NCBI RefSeq assembly: GCF_009914755.1
Contig: NC_060927.1
Length of the DNA: 64,000 nt
Origin: the human T2T-CHM13v2.0 reference genome, Homo sapiens
Strand: one strand, 5' to 3'
The notes under the pieces are model-generated. The model saw nothing but the letters and a program-made list of their open reading frames with translations, had not been told where the DNA came from and did no database searches. Below, in pieces: positions 1 to 15,385 of this stretch (its first letter is position 1; every line of letters begins with the position of its first letter). A program made the position numbers and the translations under genes.

Positions 1-422
1 AAAAGAATTTAGTGATACTTCCCTACTTGCACGTTCATTTATAGTCTCTCTGCAAGAAGAAAAATATGGCTCTTTTTGCATGCACGTGCAGGCTGTCAGA
101 CCTTATGATTGTCTTCCCTTGTTCCCTAAAAATCGCTGTTATTCTGTTCTTTTTCAAGGTGCACTGATTTCATACTGTTTGAACACACATGTTTTACAAT
201 CAATTTGTACAGTTAACACAATTATCACAGTGGTCCTGAGGTGACGTACATCCTCAGCTTATGAAGATAACAGGATTAAGAGATTAAAGTAAAGATAGGC
301 ATAAAAAATTATAAAAGTATTATTTGGGAACTGATAAATGTCCATGAAATCTTCATAATTTATGTTCCTCTTCTTCAGCTCCAGCCGGTCCCTCCGTTCA
401 GGGTCCCTGACTTCCCACAACA
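1..422 (+). mobile_element. MER11 LTR (HERV-K HML-8 family), 3' part, cut by window start
   Basis: Ends ...ccagccggtccctccgttcagggtccctgacttcccacaaca, matching the MER11 3' terminus (CA end). L1 ORF2 sequence follows immediately, so there is no internal ERV sequence downstream. Confidence 0.85.
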
Positions 423-2492
<2,070 letters not shown>

Positions 2493-2514
2493 AAATTAGT
2501 GCACATTAATAATC

Positions 2515-2730
2515 ACTGTTCACTAGGCACTATCTAATTTATGTGCCATGTACTTGATTCTCATTACTTCATTGATCATCACAGAGAATCTTGTAACATT
2601 GATATGGTTATTTTCCTGTTACACAGGAAGAAACAAGGCTTAAGGGGTTAAGTAAGCTGTCCAAGGTCATACAGTTATTTAAAAGCAGTGCAAGGATTTG
2701 AACCTGGATCTGTTCTATTCTCAAGTCTGG
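2515..2730 (-). mobile_element. MIR SINE
   Basis: Antisense MIR core: gaaacaaggcttaaggggttaagtaagctgtccaaggtcatacag...ggatttgaacctgg. Confidence 0.75.
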
Positions 2731-2951
2731 GCTATCAAACAGCTTCCAACTGGGAATTCCCTGCTCCACACCTCCAGTAAACTTCAGTCTTCCCCCTGAC
2801 TCCCAGGTATAAATCCCCCTCTTCCAAACAGCGTGAAATATCTTAAAGTAATTGCAGCAGCATGTTGAATAAGCCAGGTGAATACAAATGTTTATTACTG
2901 GAACTTCATAAGAATGCAGAGACAGCTTCAAGGACAACCCCCTCCCCCAAC

Positions 2952-2983
2952 ACACACGCAGGTACACACACACGCAGGTACAC
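2952..2983. repeat. 16-bp tandem duplication (acacacgcaggtacac)x2
   Basis: Two exact adjacent copies are visible. Confidence 0.85.
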
Positions 2984-3752
2984 TATCCATTCAGTCACAA
3001 TTTTACCATTTATGCTCTGACTGATTCTCTGTAACTTTTGAAATGTTTTCACTGTTGTTTATTTAACAGCTACAACCAGAGTCATTAGCCATTGACTACT
3101 GGACATAAGAGGCTTGCTATTTGACTAAAGTTGGACAAAAACCCACATGAAGCTGCCACATCCTGCAGCAGTTCCCATGAAATCCACCTTATCCAGGAAA
3201 CCCCATGTGTTCAGGAGCAGTATCAGAAAGCCGTTCTGCTGAGCAAAGAAGAGAGGAGCACAGAGAGAAGGTGCTTCAACACCACAGAAAGAAAATTGAG
3301 GCCTGGCATAAGGAAGAACGAAGAATGTGGTGGTATTTGGAGTTAGTGGAAGAGGAGGAGTTTCAGGGGTGTCAGACTTGAGTTTTCATCCTGCTTTCCA
3401 CTAGAGCTTCTGTTAACTAGAGCTTTAGTTTCTTTATTACATGCTGATAGTAGTGCCAGGGTGAAGGGAAGACTAAATATGATGTCAATGCCATTACAAA
3501 TGCCTGACATATAGCACGCTTTCAAAAATATGTCAGTTCCTTTGTTGGAGTAAAAGGTTTTCTTCATTTCTAATTGACTGTTTTAAAAATACAATGATTA
3601 TTACTCTTGTTACTCTGATGTATGATTCATTAATTTTATTTAAGCTCCCCATGTATTTCAATAGAACTTTGACAATTTTTAAAAAGGACATAAAAAGTTC
3701 GTTGGTGGAAATTTTCTTGTCAGCTCTCTTCGTTTCACCATGAGCAAATAAA

Positions 3753-3827
3753 AATAGTTAACATACCCAGAGAACACTGAAAATTAAAAAAAAAAAAAAA
3801 AAGAAGAAGAAGAAGAATAGTTAACAT
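3753..3827 (+). mobile_element. Very short poly(A)-tailed retro-insertion with TSD
   Basis: aatagttaacat at 3753-3764 and 3816-3827 flanks about 21 nt of sequence, an A run and (GAA)n. Confidence 0.65.
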
Positions 3828-3829
3828 TC

Positions 3830-3945
3830 CCTGAGCACTTACTTTGAGCCAGTCCCTCTTCTGACTGAATTCCGCATCACAAAAACCCAGTTAGGAACAT
3901 GTCCTTGCCATTATTGTGCCCATTTTACAGATGAGAAAACTGGAT
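3830..3945 (-). mobile_element. MIR fragment
   Basis: gagcacttactttgagccag...cccattttacagatgagaaaactg. Confidence 0.7.
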
Positions 3946-4400
3946 CATTGAGGCCATTGTTAAGTGAAATAAGCCAGGCACAGAAAGACAAACTTCGCAT
4001 GCTCTCGCTTATTTGTGGGAGCTAAAAATTAAAACAATCGAACCTCATAGAGATAGAAGGTAGAATGATGGTTACCAGAGTTGGGAAGGGTGGTGGGGGC
4101 AGTGGGAAGTGATGACAGTTAATGGGTACAAAAAATATAATTAGATAGAATGAATAGGATCTAGCTTTTGACAGCACAGCAGAGTGACTACAGTCAACAA
4201 TAATTTATTGAACATGTAAAAATAACTAAAAGAGTATAATTGGAATGTTTGTGACACAAAGAAGTGATAAATGTTTGAGGTGATGGATATTCCATTTACC
4301 TTGATATGATTATTATGCATTGCATGCCTGTATCAAAATATCTCATGTGCTCTGTATATATACACCTACAATATACCTACAAAAATTAAAAATTAAAAAA
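3946..4400 (+). mobile_element. L1MA-type 3' UTR fragment
   Basis: ttaagtgaaataagccaggcacagaaagacaaac...gaggtgatggatattccatttaccttga...aaaaattaaaaattaaaaaa. Confidence 0.85.
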
Positions 4401-6394
4401 GGAGAGGAATATGTACCAAATTTGACAAACTATCCCCTTATAAGGAGCCATCAGCACATGCAGACCCTCCCTTTTAAATTTATATGGAATTTATTCTCCT
4501 ATGGCAGAATCGTCTCATATTTCAGGTCAGATAAACAGTGTGTATTAGGCAGAGCCCAGAACACCCAACAGATAGAAAAAGCTGCAAACTCCTTCTGGCC
4601 TTCCGAGAAGATGCTTTTACATCTAGAAGCAGATGATTTCATTATTGCTACTTTACTGTGAACCTCAAAATTGCTGACGGTTAAATAATTCAGCCCTCTG
4701 GGAAAATCCAGCCCCCAGTTTTAAGTCTCTAACCCTTATGCCAATTTGATAAGCAGTAGAGAGAGACATAACATGACTCTTTAGGTTGTTCTAAATTTAC
4801 CAGCTCCGAAATATTTAATGCAGAAGAAGTGCATGGTCAGTTCCACATATTCTGGCACTTAACCAGCTTAGTGAGGCAGGCTTAAAGAGGAGGATACTAA
4901 AAAAGGCATTTGGCTGAGCTATAATGGGCATCCAGCTTAAGGGACAGAATCTGTAGTTAGCTAACTTTGGAAATTCTGTGTTCCTTCTGGATAAAGCTGT
5001 GATCATTCTCTTCTTCCTCTAGATTCTTCTTAATGACGGGGGTTCAACAGGTCAAATAAACTAAAATTCTGCAAACTCTCCATATTTGTTATATAAGCCT
5101 GGTGTGTTGATTCTGGACGGTAGTCACACCCTCTACCCAGCTAACTGTGTTACATGCTGAATAGATGATGCATAGGCAGACCTTGACCATACTTGATCAG
5201 ATGCCATACAACACAGATTTTCCTGAAGCCAATCATAAACGGGGGGTGAAGCGTGTGAAAAGGCTGCATTTGCAGGACTGCTTCTCCCACTCTCCAGATA
5301 TACTTTGGCTTATGATTGTTGGTTCTTATAGTGCTGGGAAGCACCCAAACCAGGGTAGGAGGGAGGGATCATGAATATGGAAAAGAGATATTGCCTTATA
5401 CGGCTGTTGCCTAAGTTAGTGTGTTGAACGCTGGCTTGAGACATTGCATGTCTGTTCTTAAGATGCCAGCAAGCATCATGAAGTCAACAATTCCTAATAT
5501 CTTGCAAGTAAGCTTGTTCTTCTTTCATTATTACACTACTCTGAAATCTCAGGAAAGACACAGTTACCGTGTTAGGGGCAAGCTGCTGGGAGCCAAGAAC
5601 CCGTAAAATAGTTGTTATGGCCTCATATGTTGCAACATTCTTAATTTGTTTTGAGTGCAAAGTGTTGTCTTCTGAAACAGATTAAAAACACTCAGAAGGT
5701 CATAACTGTATTTTATACCCCTTTTAATATTTTTCTCAAAATATCAGGCACAAACCTAGGCAAAACATCTGTGTTCACTGCACTTGCTCACTTGACTTGG
5801 TTCAAACAGACGTAGAACTTTGTCAGACCATGTCAGCTAAAATATAATTTGATTTGTACCTGAGCATAAGCACAACTAATATTCAGCCTGATGCATGGCT
5901 GTGCCTGCTGTTTACAGTTGGCATCTGTTCTGACTGGTCTGTGCTAGGACAGGTGTGAAATATTTTAAATACATCCATGATCATTAGTATTTGCTTCCAA
6001 TTTATTGTGACAATTGGTGCCACTATCATATATAACTTTTCAGTCTTTGAACATTCAATTTCCAGAGTTACTAAGGATCACAGAATCACAGAATCTCAGA
6101 ATTAGAAAGAATGCTCACATTCATCTATTTCCACCCGCTGCTGGGTACAGAAATCTCCTCTTCAGATTCTTTCACTCATTGGTCAGTCAGAATCCAAGCA
6201 AAAGAAGCTGAGAGCTTACTGAATGTGAATCAAATTTCCCTTTTATTGTACATTGTCTGCAATTATAAAAAGGAAGCCATTAGAAGTGTACACTGAGCTC
6301 CAAGAAAATATGAACAGTGATGATGTATATCCAGGGAGGAAATTGTGTGTTCTCTCCAGTCTTGTTATATTGGTCCACAGATCAAAGGGAAGAT

Positions 6395-7065
6395 TCACAT
6401 AAAATCTGGCCACTGTTTATCTCCCGTTGTTAACACCTTATTCCAAACCACAATTATCTCATCCGGATTATTGCAATTGCTTTCTGCCTGGTCTCTTTGC
6501 TACATCCATTACCTTGTTCAGTTTATTCAACATGGAAACCAGAGTGATCCTGTTAAAATGTCAGATCAGGTCACTCCTTTATTCAAAAGCCTCAATGACT
6601 TTCCATCTCTGTAAGAATTAAAGCCAATGTCCATATTAGAACCTGCAAGGCCCTGCAAGATCTGGCTTCCCCATTTCTTCTTTGACTATCTCTTACTCCT
6701 AATACCCTGGCTATTTCTCGAATATACCAGGTGTGTGGTCATGTCTCAAAACCTCTGCTCTTGCTGTGCCCTCAGCCTGGAGAACGTTGTCACCCAAATA
6801 TTCCTTCACCTCATTCCATTGTTTGCTCAAATGACACCTTCTCAGCAGGGCCTAAGCTAGCCTCCTTATATAAAAATTGCAGCCTCATTTATACTCCCTA
6901 TAACCGTTTCTGTTTTACTTTCCTCTTTAGCCCTTATCATGATCTTTATTTTCCCCAATTACATTTTAACTTCTGTAAGGGCAAGAACTTCTGTCTGTTT
7001 TGTCCACTAGCATAATCTCAAAGCCTACAATAGTGTTCATTACATATTAATCACTTAATAATCAG
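6395..7065 (+). mobile_element. L2 3' region
   Basis: ccagagtgatcctgttaaaatgtcagatcaggtcactcctt...aagggcaagaacttctgtctgttttg, typical L2 3' motifs. Confidence 0.75.
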
Positions 7066-7494
7066 CTATAGAAGAAAGAAAAGAAGAAAAGATGGAGGGC
7101 CAGCTCCATTGCAATGCCATACGTGGAAGCTACATACCTAGAAGCTCTGCTTTCTGCTTTGCTTGTAGAATTTAAAACTCTTTAAGCCTCTGGGAAGATC
7201 AGAGTATCCTTGAAAAGCATGTATGGCTACTTATTGGAATTATTTCTAGCTTTTAAAGCCTACATACACAGTGGTCAGAAAAGGAGGCTGTTATCAGGGA
7301 TTGTCTTTTTAATTTTGATTTTAGATCTTACTTTGATACTGTTTGCATTAGCATGTTTTACGGGTGTGTTCATTCATTCAACAAATATCTATTGAGAATC
7401 TATTATCTACAAGGTCCTTGCATTAGCCTTAAGGATATCTGAAGCTGTATTGAATGTATTCTGTAAAATACATAAAGAAAAAGTGCACCGTCAG

Positions 7495-7640
7495 GCAATG
7501 GTTCTGAACACAGCTTCATAATAGAATTGCCCAAGAAACTCAAAACCAAACCACTGCCTGGGACCTGGTTTCAGAAAGAAGAACAGAGGAATTCTTAAGT
7601 ACTTCCCACGTAACTGTCATATTCACTCCAGGTTTTACTC
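7495..7640. mobile_element. MER5-like hAT-Charlie fragment
   Basis: gcaatggttctgaac...agaattgccc start resembles the MER5 terminal inverted repeat. Degenerate. Confidence 0.45.
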
Positions 7641-10600
7641 CTGCTGTCATATTAAAAGGATGTATACTGAAGGAGCAACAGATATAAGTGCTAGAGGAGT
7701 ACGAGAAAGAGTAATGCTGTCTAGTCAGAGCTATGTTCCTCAAACTATGTTCCAAAGGACAGTAGTCATCTGTGAAAGGTTAATAGCTATTTTAGGTGAG
7801 TAAATAGCCCCACGTTCAAATAAATTTGGGAAATTATTCATTCTCCATTTCATGGAGATTCAGTGTTTTAGGGAATCTCTCTGCACTCAAGTGAGTTGAG
7901 GGAGATGAGGCAGACATTCTACGGAGAGTCATTGATGAGTTCAACCCTGTTAAACAGGCCTGCAGAGGCTCTGGGATTATAATACTACTTGGGCTTCATG
8001 CCACCACATGACTCTCTATATACCCATTTATCTTAGCCATGTAGAATTGCAACCAAGGCCAGTTCTTGGCCACGAAAACAAACCAGTCACAGTAGTAGAG
8101 AAATGGCTCTATTTTTAAAGGTTTATAGTGACTGGATGAAGTATCCTCTGCTTTCCTTCTATGACCCTGGACTTTGGGTGCTCCTATCTACCTGGATTTT
8201 TTTTATATTTTCTCCACATTTTTGCACTTCTTAATTGACTAGGTTTGTATATCATTTCCTTTGTTAGCCTTTTGAAAGTAAATGAATCACTTGGAAGACA
8301 GAGAAACGAAGTTTTGCTTTATTATGCCGAACTGGGATCTATAACACACATCTGAATTTCATAACTGTGTTTGGCTTACATGGTTGACTTCATATTCAAT
8401 TGATGATATTCATCTTAATTAAGAATAAATAGATAAATGGCTACTAAAAGGGAGGCTGATTAAATACATTATGATAAACCTAGATGGTGAAATACTTTGC
8501 AGAATGGGAAATGTCACGGGAAAATGGTCACCATAAAGTAAGAAAAAAATGTGAGGGTGGAGGATACAAAGCTACTTCTGATATAAAAATGACCTACAAA
8601 TTATAGCTATGAAATAACATTATTAGGGCTATATATTTTCATCTTCTGCTTATTTCATACCAACTCTTCTAAGCTGAACATGTATTAATTTCAAAACATA
8701 AAAAATAGGGACATTTAAGCCAATAACTTGTGGTGTTTTAATGGAAACCAAATAAATAGAAATCAGTTTTCCTTTATACCCCCTGTTCCAAGAAACATGC
8801 TCCTTGCCCAAATTTTTCTTTGAGATTTAAATTGGCATAACTCTTCTGAGTTGAATGTTTCCACAATTTTAAGGCAAAAACAAATTAATGCTGATAAAAA
8901 TACTTTGGAACCACAAACTGTGGGATAGACAAATAATCCTGAAAACACACGCTGGTGACCTTTCCCTGCTCATTTTTCTTGGTGGGAAGATCTGTAGGCA
9001 CTACTTCTTATTTACCATTTTTTTTCTGATCTGTTTTTTGTTTTGTTTTATTTTGTTTTACTTCAAAGCAAAAAGTCTTGCTGACCAGTGGAAAGCTTGT
9101 TGAAGTCAATTATTCCTTGAAGACTTTTTGTACAATTCATTTGATGAAAATTATCTCTGAAAAGAGATTAGTAACTTTATTGTATAATTTCTCCCTTATT
9201 GATTGCCTCCAAACCCTTTCTCATTTTATTTATGAGCATTTTTATAGGAATTGCTTTTATGATAGAGGAAATTGTAACAGACAACCCCCTCACAGGTATA
9301 CCACAGATATCTTGCTCTGTTTTATTTTCTGGAACAGTACGATGAGAAAGTGTTTGCTATAAAAATATGACACTAAAGACTGAAAGCAAAACAATATAGG
9401 ACTTACTTCATTTACCTTTATCTGAATAGATTATTATACCTAGGTTCGGAGAACATGTAATAAATAAATCGTCCAATAAAGGACTCTTCTGTGGAACAAA
9501 TGCTATTTGACCTGTAGACCTTCAACACAATTTTCCAGATATTTTATAAAAATTTACAAATATTTACCAAGAGTCTTGGCATGTTCAAAGAAAAAAATAG
9601 GTATGATCAATTTTCCCAGTTAAGAGAAGTCAAAGGTGAATGATCCTAGGTACACCAAGCAAACTACCAAGACACATTCCTACTTACACTCATATTATTG
9701 GAAACATCCAAAATGAAATCTTTGATTAGTAAAATTCCAACCCTGTGTACAGGCTCAAAAATGCAAACTTTTTTTTTCAGTAATTATGCATAAGATCCTA
9801 AAACATCACTTATAAATTTACAATTGCAATAAGGCCATTACACAAAGGAATGTAAATTAATTCATTTATCAGTGGTAAGAATGATCAACCTTGGAATGAT
9901 GGATGGGTTTCTTATTGAATCAAAGTCATAAGAGCATGCTCTCCCCTGGCATCCTAGCATTTCTTGTCCTTCCCCATTGCTTCCCACTGAAGACATTGTT
10001 ATTCATCTCTCCTGAACATATACTTGCTCCAGGAGTATGAGGGGTGAAAACGTGTGTTCAATGTAGCACTCTGTATATCCCTACCACAGATCATTTTATT
10101 TCTAAATTTTTATTTCCTTTTTTTTTCCTTTAATTGCATTTACAAATTTTTTCCTAAGGGTCAACATTTTCTATGGTTAAAGCTAATTTTTTTCTTTTAA
10201 ATCCTCCTTTTTTCAAACAATCTGCTACAAAGATCCTTTGCTCATCTGCCCTTGTATTTCTACATCTAGACGAAAGTGAAGAGAATAAAATTAGAGTTTT
10301 AGTATTCAGAATGCTTTTAATTGGGACAAGAAGGAAGAAACCTATATCCTGCCATGGATTTTTTAACTTCTAAAAAACTTCAGTGGTAGTTTGAAAAGGA
10401 CTTGAGCCATTTCAAGAAAAAAAGAAACTATTTCATTCAAGTTAATTTATCTAGCTTTTTCTGTATTATTCTTTAAATTTGCTTATTACCTTAGATACAT
10501 GAACAGAGAATAGTGTGTTTTCTTTGTATTGCTACAAATGGTAGAATTTAGATTTTTTAAAACTCTAATCCGTTTTTTTCTCAGTCGTAGGAGACTACAT

Positions 10601-11489
10601 TTTAAAAGGAAACATTTCTGAAGGTGTTATTTAGTATTCTTTATGCTGTAATAAGGCAAAGGAAGAACAGAGAGACAGAGTTTCAGGTAACTGGCCTTTG
10701 AAAAGTGAGAGAGAGAAAGGTTTTCTGTGAGTTCCTGGACTTTCCTGGTTAAGAAAAAAATCCCATCTACCGCAATCTCTAGACAGAGGAGCACTTCCAG
10801 CCTTCTAAGTACTTCAACCTTCAGAATGGCCTTTACATACTGTTTTTGTTTTATTTGTTTACAGGGGTTTTTTTCTCCATTATATCACTCTCTAAGAATT
10901 TTGATGAAAATAAAATCATCTTGACCAGATCTATTTAATACTCCAGAAGTCACAAGGAAGAGATTCTCTACACTGTCCAGATATCTACTGTGTACTCTTC
11001 ATGTGTCAAGAGATCTATGGGGGACTGAGATGCAGAGCCCCTGGGACAGCCGCCATCTTTTGCCTTCACGGAGTTTACAGTATTGATTTTGTGTGTCTTT
11101 CCTTTTATGACAGGAAGAAAATAATATAAACCTTTTAAAAAAATTTTAAAGAGATTATACAATCTCAGTGTTATGCCAAGATAAACAACTAATTACACAC
11201 TTTAAATGTGTGTGTTTTTTTATTCTATTAGAAGATGAAAAGATTCGAAATTCTCCCTTCTCCATAATTATAGAATTAAGATTTCTCATTATAAAATCAC
11301 ATTTTAGAGTGTTTAGAATTACTTAATAGCTAAGATCTTGAATCATCTACTAACAAATGATTTTCCTTTTCTTTCCTTGAGAATATGTAACTCCAATTCT
11401 CCATTTCCTCACCCCTTACCAGCCCCGCCAGACCCCATACACACTATCCACTCCACCCAAGTGGCATTTTAATTAATGGACAAACTAAA

Positions 11490-11970
11490 CCACCTACACA
11501 TTTAAAACATATGTATGACATGTCCATAATTTTTAACTCACTGATTCCAATTCACAGAATCCATTATAAGGAAATAATCACAGAAGTGCTCAAAATATAT
11601 ATACAAGAATATGCATTCCAGTGAAAGCAATAAAATGTTAAAAGAAATCTAAATGTTTGGCAAGAAGATAATGGTAAAATAAACAAAGCATGGCATATTC
11701 TTGTGCTGCTTTGTTATGCAAGAATTAAAGACAAAGAATATTTAACAAGATGGAAATTTATGCCAGGTGATAAAAGCAGAATATGACATTGCATAGAGTC
11801 AATAACCATACTCATGTATATGTTTATATATTTCATTGATTAAAAATGAAAAAAGTACATCAAAATATCACATTTATCTACAAGTAATGGGATTATGGAT
11901 GATTTTAATTTCTTTGTAAATATAATCAATTATAGCATTAAAAATTCTACAATAATTATTAGTTTTATGC
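11490..11970 (+). mobile_element. Ancient L1 (L1ME-like) 3' fragment
   Basis: attccaattcacagaatccattataaggaaataatcacagaagtg...gggattatggatgattttaatttc. Confidence 0.6.
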
Positions 11971-12869
11971 TTACAAAATTTTTTTCTTAAAATCTAACAC
12001 ATATAACCTCAAATGTAATATACCAACAACTAATATATTTTATAGATACTTATATGTAATAAATTCCAATAGAGCAAATTTTACTGAAAAAATTATCTTA
12101 AGTTGTATTTATTGGAATCATTGGCAAAGAAAAGAAAGTGTGCCACATTGTCACAGCCTCAGAGAAGTTTCAAAATCACTTATGGTTTATTTAACTTATT
12201 TTTATTTGTTTAACTAAAACAAATAAACGTAGTATGTCTCTAAAGTCTTACGATCTACAATCTGAGAAATGGAATACCATCAGTGAAGCCTATGAATCTA
12301 AGTTAGTTTATTGTTTATTTAGGTATATACCTCATCAACTTATAAAAGCCTCAGCCATCACAACATTTCTTACATCAGATTTATTATGATTCCTAAGCCT
12401 ATTGTTTTTAACATCCAATAATTTGAGTAGCCCTGGACACACAGAGCCTTTGAGGCATAGACTCTCAGAATTTTGTTGTTTGAAGAGTTCTCAGCATAAG
12501 TGCTGAGAAACTAAAATCTAGAATATAAATAAACTGGTGAAAAAAAGTAATATGGGCAGTGATATTTTGAGAAGAGAAGATGAGTAGCTCATCTGTTTGA
12601 TGCATGAGAGGTAGTAAAGTAAGAGAGTTCTTTTCCAGCTTGGTTGCATGTGGAAATCTTCTACGGCATTATGTACACCCTCATGTATATGAGAATGTCC
12701 TGTGTTGTTATTCTCTGCCTTCTGCTATCTCCTGCTTGTGATCATCAATTTATTTTGTGATCAACTTGTATTATCCACTCTTTAGAGAGTTAAGCTATAT
12801 TCTGGACAAATAACTGAAAAATCAAACATGAGAAAAATGTGAGAGATGTCAGAATGTGCAGTGCAGAAA

Positions 12870-13010
12870 TGAGAAAGTTTGGGGGACACAGGCATAAAAA
12901 TGACCTTCAAATACCTAAAGAACAGATACATGGAAGAGAGGTTAAAAGTATATTTTTTCATGGCTTCGGAAGACAAAAATTAGAAAATGAAGAAGTTTTT
13001 GGAAGGTATG
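12870..13010 (+). mobile_element. L3/CR1 3' relic
   Basis: ccttcaaatacctaaag...catggaagagaggtta resembles the L3 3' motif gtcttcaaatatctgaagggctgtcatgtggaagaggga. Confidence 0.4.
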
Positions 13011-13527
13011 TCAGTACAATAGAAATGAATATGGGCTGGTCCAGTTAAATCCAGAAGGAATTCAGGCTTATTTGCATGTGTGTGATGTATGTGGGTCCAC
13101 AAGGGTCTTGGCACCAACTGATTTCTAGGTAAGCTTTTAAATTTCAGACTTAAGGAGAATAGGCTAGGGATATATTAAGAACCTAAAGAGAAGTTTGAAA
13201 AAGTCATTGGAAAAAACATAATGGTGTAGATAGCATTTCCAGGATCCCTCAGAAGGAAAGTGGGGGAGGTGGGAGGTTGGAGGATCAAGTTTTATGAAAA
13301 GCTCCACGGAGAGAGTGGGGTTCAGGACATGGCTGCCTAGGACACTACAAAGTGATAAAGGGGGTCATAAAATTGGAGAAGTCATTCTCCCACTTTCTGT
13401 GCAGAACCTTCTCCAACTTGACCATTCTGGTTTGGAAATCAGCCAGAAGCACCTCTTTCAGTCTTGAAATTGGTGTTATAAGAATGGGCAAAGCCACAGG
13501 CATCATAAGGCACTATTTAGACAGACC

Positions 13528-13680
13528 AATCCCTCTCAAACTTACATAAGAATACAACCAACCTGAGGCTCTTATTAAAATGCTGATCCAATTCAGTGGG
13601 TCTGAGGTGGGACCCAAGATTCCACCTTTCAAATGAGCTATCACGTAATTTTGATAGTGCTAGTCCAACAACCACCAGGT
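13528..13680. mobile_element. MER5A-like DNA transposon fragment
   Basis: ctcttattaaaatgctgatccaattcagtgggtctgaggtgggacccaagattc. Confidence 0.65.
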
Positions 13681-14763
13681 AGAAGAGTTTTAGTAGAGAT
13701 TATTGAGATGAGAAGAAATTGACAAGGAAAATGCTAAGTAGGAGAGGAAAAACTGGGTAGATGCTGAACAGGGTCCGAAACCCACATGGTAGTTTATGAA
13801 TACTCTGGAAATACCCTCCACACACAATCCAGACATACCCAGAAACGCTGGGAGTACTCCAGCTATCCTAGGTATTTTAAGAACATATATATAGGAAAGG
13901 AAAATAAATTTGGGTTATTGATATAAATATGACTCCATCTGTATACCCAGGATGGCAAAGAAGAATTGAGGTTGACTAACAAAGGAATGCGTTAACTTGG
14001 AAGATAATAAATCGCTTGGAATGGAAGTATTCAAGATGAACATAAGCAACCCTTACAGGAATGGTAGAGGGCTTGTTGAAGTGACAGCCAAGGTCCTTTC
14101 TTATTGTACGTTTTTCTGATTTTATAATGGAATCACTAAGGTGAAAAAGAGTACATTCTTTTATAAAGAGATATCATGGGGAACTAAAAAAAAAAAAAAA
14201 AAATTCTGAAGTCCGCTAAGTTAACCAGAGAATGCTACTGCTGATAGAATTGCATTCCAAACTGGTACAGGTCTCTAAGCTCAATGTGTATCCCATGATC
14301 TCAGACTCAAGTCCATCAAGTTCTGGCAGATTAGTGCCATTTGATGTAAGGCAAGATAATAAATAGATTGATTTTTAAAAATTATCACTTCTAGGTGAAA
14401 AGAAGGAAGGAAGGAAGGGAGGAGACTTACAGTATGATAGACAAGATGAGAAGAGTTAGTTAATGTATTAAAATGGCAGCATATCAATAATAAATTTGAC
14501 CGATTTCTCCTCAGAATTAAAGCTAAAAATATTCTCTCTAAAACTCTGGCTCAGAAATGGACTGCTTCAAAATTTTAATTTCAGTCTCATTTGAAGCTGC
14601 TAAGTCTTCCAGAACAGATTCACAGATGAAAAAGAAAGGTAATAACGCTGTTCAATTACAAATGTGGCTTCTGCCTTCATAGATCAAAGCTCGACTATCT
14701 TATAATACTAAAAAAAAACAGTAAGAGGATTTGCTCTTTGGGTGAGAACAGTTCCAAGAATCC

Positions 14764-15040
14764 GCCTTAAATTAGCAAACGTTCACCAATCCCTACTAAG
14801 TGAGAAACACTTGCTAGGGACTGGGAATGCACAGACAAGACCTGGCTTACAGTCGGATAGAGGTTCCAGCCAGCCAATTAAAAAATCATATAACATGTTA
14901 ACCACTTAAAATAAGCCTATAAAAAATATATATATGTCAATATATAATATATATGTAATATATACAAGGGATTGGTAAATGTTTGCTAATTAAATTAGCT
15001 AATTAAAGGCTAATTTAATTGGTAAACATTTGCTAATTTA
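14764..15040. repeat. Inverted-repeat system: 31-nt template and patchwork reverse-complement copies
   Basis: gccttaaattagcaaacgttcaccaatccct (14764-14794) compared with agggattggtaaatgtttgctaatt (14967-14991) and attggtaaacatttgctaattta (15018-15040). Confidence 0.8.
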
Positions 15041-15169
15041 CATATACATATTTTTTAGTAGTCCTGTTTTAAGTGGTTAGCATGTTATTAGATTTTTTAA
15101 TTGGCTGCCTGTAACCTCTATCAGGCAAATGAGATGAGATGAAAGAGAAATTTATTCCTCCTTCCTCCC

Positions 15170-15385
15170 CTGATGGGTGGGAATCTGAAAGAGATGTTAC
15201 AGAACAGGTGATGTTTGAGCTGGGCCTCAAAGAAGGAGCAAGCATTTCCAGGCACAGAAAACAAAAGCATATATGAAAAGCAAAGGGAAGTGAAAAGTGT
15301 GGGCAGGAACTGGGAAAGGTGATTAGACTAGTGCGTATAGCAGGAAGGTGCAGGACAAGGCTGAAGAAGTACATCTGGGCCTTGA
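15170..15385 (-). mobile_element. L2 fragment
   Basis: acagaacaggtgatgtttgagctgggcctcaaaga...gcatttccaggcacagaaaac. Confidence 0.6.

Noticed and set aside
3040-3238. Possible minus-strand terminal exon (ctctcttctttgctcag acceptor, AATAAA at 3058-3063)
   Set aside because: An equally good plus-strand acceptor lies nearby and AATAAA is frequent in AT-rich DNA. There is no independent support.
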